24,739 nucleotides of DNA from Methanobacterium sp. PtaU1.Bin242 (GTDB lineage Archaea; Methanobacteriota; Methanobacteria; Methanobacteriales; Methanobacteriaceae): assembly GCA_002067565.1 (NCBI GenBank), contig MVQZ01000344.1:1-24739 (forward strand), read 5' to 3'. Shown piece after piece: positions 22,260-24,739 of this stretch; within the stretch, counting starts at the first letter, position 1, and the number at the start of each line of letters is the position of its first letter. The notes under the pieces are model-generated. The model saw only the letters and a list, made by a program, of their open reading frames with translations. It did not search any database and was not told the origin of the DNA. Made by a program: the position numbers and the translations under genes.

Positions 22260-22745
22260 CTAATACATATAATATGGAATATCTTCGTTAGATTTATCTC
22301 TTGAATTTATAAGTATAAGTCCGAAATAAATAGATTGCGGGTCGGAAAAATATACATATGTAGAAGAATTATCTATTGCTTCTTTATAATTTTTATCATA
22401 TGCAGTTGACCTTATATACCGTATGGAGAATTTATATTCACCTTTAATTTTTATTTCTGGTCTGCATTGAAGGTAATATGGGAATAATTCGTTTATATCT
22501 TTAGGATGCCTGTTATTTTTATGTAGATAAGCTTGTATGGCTATTCTTAATTCAATTAGAGCATTTTTAAAATCTTCTTCTTTTTTATTACATATTGAAT
22601 TTATGTCAATCTGTTTGCTGATAGAAGAAATATTATTTATAAATTCAGTGGAAGTTGTAGAGGATATATTCTCCTCATAGTTATGAGTTGATATATCGAT
22701 TGCATTCAAATTATTCAAAAGCAGAAAATATAAAATTATAACCAT
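22260..22745 (-). CDS. Hypothetical exported protein with a pseudopilin/GspG-like segment
   Basis: Real start is probably ATG 22745 (MVIILYFLLLNNLNA, signal-like), because the longer ORF runs through the tRNA. LIELRIAIQAY...HPKDINELFPYYL resembles the pseudopilin alpha1-C region. Confidence 0.6.
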   Translation of the reverse strand: MVIILYFLLLNNLNAIDISTHNYEENISSTTSTEFINNISSISKQIDINSICNKKEEDFKNALIELRIAIQAYLHKNNRHPKDINELFPYYLQCRPEIKIKGEYKFSIRYIRSTAYDKNYKEAIDNSSTYVYFSDPQSIYFGLILINSRDKSNEDIPYYMY

Positions 22746-22762
22746 TTTCCCTATGAAAAACG

Positions 22763-22836
22763 GGTGGCTGACGGGACTTGAACCCGCAACCTTCCGGGCC
22801 ACAGCCGGACGCTCTAACCGTTGAGCTACAGCCACC
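22763..22836 (-). tRNA. tRNA-His (GTG) with genome-encoded G-1
   Basis: G-GTGGCTG...CAGCCAC-C gives a G-1:C73 pair; anticodon arm CCGG-CTGTGGC-CCGG; T arm GCGGG-TTCAAGT-CCCGT; CCA not encoded. Confidence 0.95.
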
Positions 22837-22847
22837 AATGAATATAT

Positions 22848-22876
22848 ATTTTAAGAATTTAAGAGAAAATAATCAA
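22848..22876 (-). promoter_or_regulatory. sigma70 promoter of tRNA-His
   Basis: TTGATT, 17-nt spacer, TAAAAT, ending 11 nt before the tRNA. Confidence 0.72.
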
Positions 22877-22903
22877 TCTTATATCTTTTATAATTTTATA
22901 TAA

Positions 22904-24739
22904 CTAAACATTTTTACCACATATAGTGATATATGGACAATTTTGACATTGGCTATCGTCTTCCGGCGGTTTAAATTTTGGCGAATTAAGTATATCTTCC
23001 AGAATTTTACTTAATATTTTTTGATATAAATCCATTTTTTCTTTTCTTTCATCATTATCTTTAAATAGCATTGTTTTTTCTATATTCTTTTTGCCAAGTA
23101 ATATTATAGAGCCGTTTATCTCATAGCTTTTTTTGTTAAATCTATTAGAAAATGCTATAGAGTATATTGGCAACTGCAGAGAACCTATGGTTTTTCCCCA
23201 TTTAATTATATCCTCATTAAAATCTATTTTCTCAATATTTTTATTTGGCATAGCTGGTTTTGAAGAGGTTTTATAATCGCAGATTACAATCTCACCTTTT
23301 ATTCTGTCAATTCTATCTGCCCTGCTTGTGAATTTTATTTTTAAATTTTGTGAATATGGAAATAAAAAATTTTCTTTTGTTTCACAATCGAGTATTTCTA
23401 CATCTTTATCCTGTGAAAAATGGAAAGAGATAAAATCCTCTATTCTTCTAAGTATTTGGGCATAGATAAGGTATTCATCACCTTCTTTATTATAGGAAGG
23501 AAAATATTCTGATAAAATTTCTTTAGCTATTCTCAGAATATTTGTTTTTTCTAAATCGTAATTAGAAAATCCTGTTTTTAACTTTTCTTTGAAATAAAGT
23601 TCTAAAATTTTATGTACTATTTCACCAATTTGCCTTTTATCCATCTCATCATCTATATTATTTATCTCTTTAATTTTGAGTATATTAGAGTAATAAAATC
23701 TAATCTGGCAGGAAAGATATTCTGAAATTATAGTATGTGAGAATTCAAAATTCTGTAAAAATAGTTTTATCTCGTTAGTTTTTTCTATCGGCTCAAGTGG
23801 TTTTGTAGAAAAATTCATTGAGGAGAAAGAAAAACTTTCCTTTAGTTTTTCGCCACTTTTTTCTATAGACCATTTTAATTTGTTGGCAAGTGGTGAAATG
23901 CCTGTACCTTTAGTGTCTATATAAAATATAAAAGCTTTCTTTGCACCATAGATTAGATTTTCAAAATAAAAAGAATATAGATTTAATCTATCTTTATAAT
24001 CCGGAAGACCTATTTTTCCTCTTACGATGTGTGGCAATATAGGGTCCTCTTTAAAAATATTTGGAAATACTGCGTCATTACAATCTAAAAAAAATACTTT
24101 TTCAAATTTCAGATTCCGACTTTCCAGAAAGCCTATGGCCTGTAATCCGCTCACAGGAGAGCCAGTAAATGGATATGTGCTGGATGAAATATAATTTTCT
24201 ATGAGGTCAAAATAGTCATTTGTATTTTTAAAACGTATATTCTTCAGCTCTGAATTGGCTATCTCAGATAGTTTTTCTATTATAATATCTGGGAAAAAAT
24301 TCCAGTATGGGTGCATATATGCTGTTGAATTTGTTTTTATATATTCAATAAAAGAGGATATTTTATTTGTTATGTCTTTTAAAGCTGATATATCTTTAAA
24401 TGGAATTAAAGTTTTATTATGAATTTCTTTTAAATCATTATGGATTATTATTTTTTCCACTTCCATTAAATTAATTTTTCTTTTTTTAGTCAGTATAAAT
24501 TCGCGATATAACTCCTGTATAAGTTTTCTTGTTTCTTCTGCATTATCTGATAATTTTAGATTTTTAATGTAAGGATGGAATAAGAAATCAAAATATTCTT
24601 TTGCGTTATAGTTATTTTCTTCATCTTTTGAACGAAGGAGAGCAAATAAAGAGGAAATTAAACAATATATTGGTGTCATCTTAATTGGATAGCCGGCTGA
24701 TATATTGAAACTTTTAATGCCTCTGAAAGCATGTTCCAC
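22904..24739 (-). CDS. AddB/RexB-like PD-(D/E)XK nuclease with inactive helicase region, 5' truncated by window
   Basis: LQAIGFLESRNLKF, YLSCQIRFYY, IGEIVHKILE, RADRIDR...ICDYKT, LQLPIY and CQNCPYITIC (4-Cys Fe-S staple). Confidence 0.88.
   Translation of the reverse strand: MEHAFRGIKSFNISAGYPIKMTPIYCLISSLFALLRSKDEENNYNAKEYFDFLFHPYIKNLKLSDNAEETRKLIQELYREFILTKKRKINLMEVEKIIIHNDLKEIHNKTLIPFKDISALKDITNKISSFIEYIKTNSTAYMHPYWNFFPDIIIEKLSEIANSELKNIRFKNTNDYFDLIENYISSSTYPFTGSPVSGLQAIGFLESRNLKFEKVFFLDCNDAVFPNIFKEDPILPHIVRGKIGLPDYKDRLNLYSFYFENLIYGAKKAFIFYIDTKGTGISPLANKLKWSIEKSGEKLKESFSFSSMNFSTKPLEPIEKTNEIKLFLQNFEFSHTIISEYLSCQIRFYYSNILKIKEINNIDDEMDKRQIGEIVHKILELYFKEKLKTGFSNYDLEKTNILRIAKEILSEYFPSYNKEGDEYLIYAQILRRIEDFISFHFSQDKDVEILDCETKENFLFPYSQNLKIKFTSRADRIDRIKGEIVICDYKTSSKPAMPNKNIEKIDFNEDIIKWGKTIGSLQLPIYSIAFSNRFNKKSYEINGSIILLGKKNIEKTMLFKDNDERKEKMDLYQKILSKILEDILNSPKFKPPEDDSQCQNCPYITICGKNV

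Noticed and set aside
22763..22836. tRNA-His as the integration site of the foreign segment
   Set aside because: I saw no duplicated tRNA 3' fragment at the 16405 junction or elsewhere in the window, and bacterial-type sequence continues on both sides.
22746..22838. N-terminal extension of the 192-aa ORF
   Set aside because: It is the translated tRNA-His sequence; the CDS likely starts at 22745.

Overview
The window has two parts from different domains of life. Bases 1 to ~16410 look like conserved Methanobacteriaceae (methanogenic archaeon) chromosome: tRNA-Arg(TCT), a frameshifted PAC2-family proteasome chaperone, a PepSY protein, the F420-reducing hydrogenase operon frhADGB, map, two uncharacterised membrane-anchored coiled-coil genes, initiator tRNA-Met followed directly by the RNase P RNA gene, and grpE-dnaK-dnaJ. 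Opposite grpE is an ArsR-type regulator, with a triplicated TATA/operator array between them, then hypF and the 5' part of larB. At ~16402-16410, inside one open frame, larB switches ([10 protein letters not shown]) into the C-terminal half of a Wzx-type flippase. Everything downstream looks like AT-rich diderm bacterial chromosome: an ABC-2 exporter, a TraF/FadL-like outer-membrane beta-barrel, nfi, pcm, a CoA-binding protein, a pseudopilin-like protein, tRNA-His and an AddB-like nuclease, with sigma70 promoters and an intrinsic terminator. No integrase, transposase or att site is visible, so a chimeric assembly join is more likely than real inter-domain transfer, but read-level data are needed. 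I did not find a convincing novel system. The best leads are the junction, the heat-shock promoter array, the tRNA-rnpB unit and the coiled-coil gene pair.
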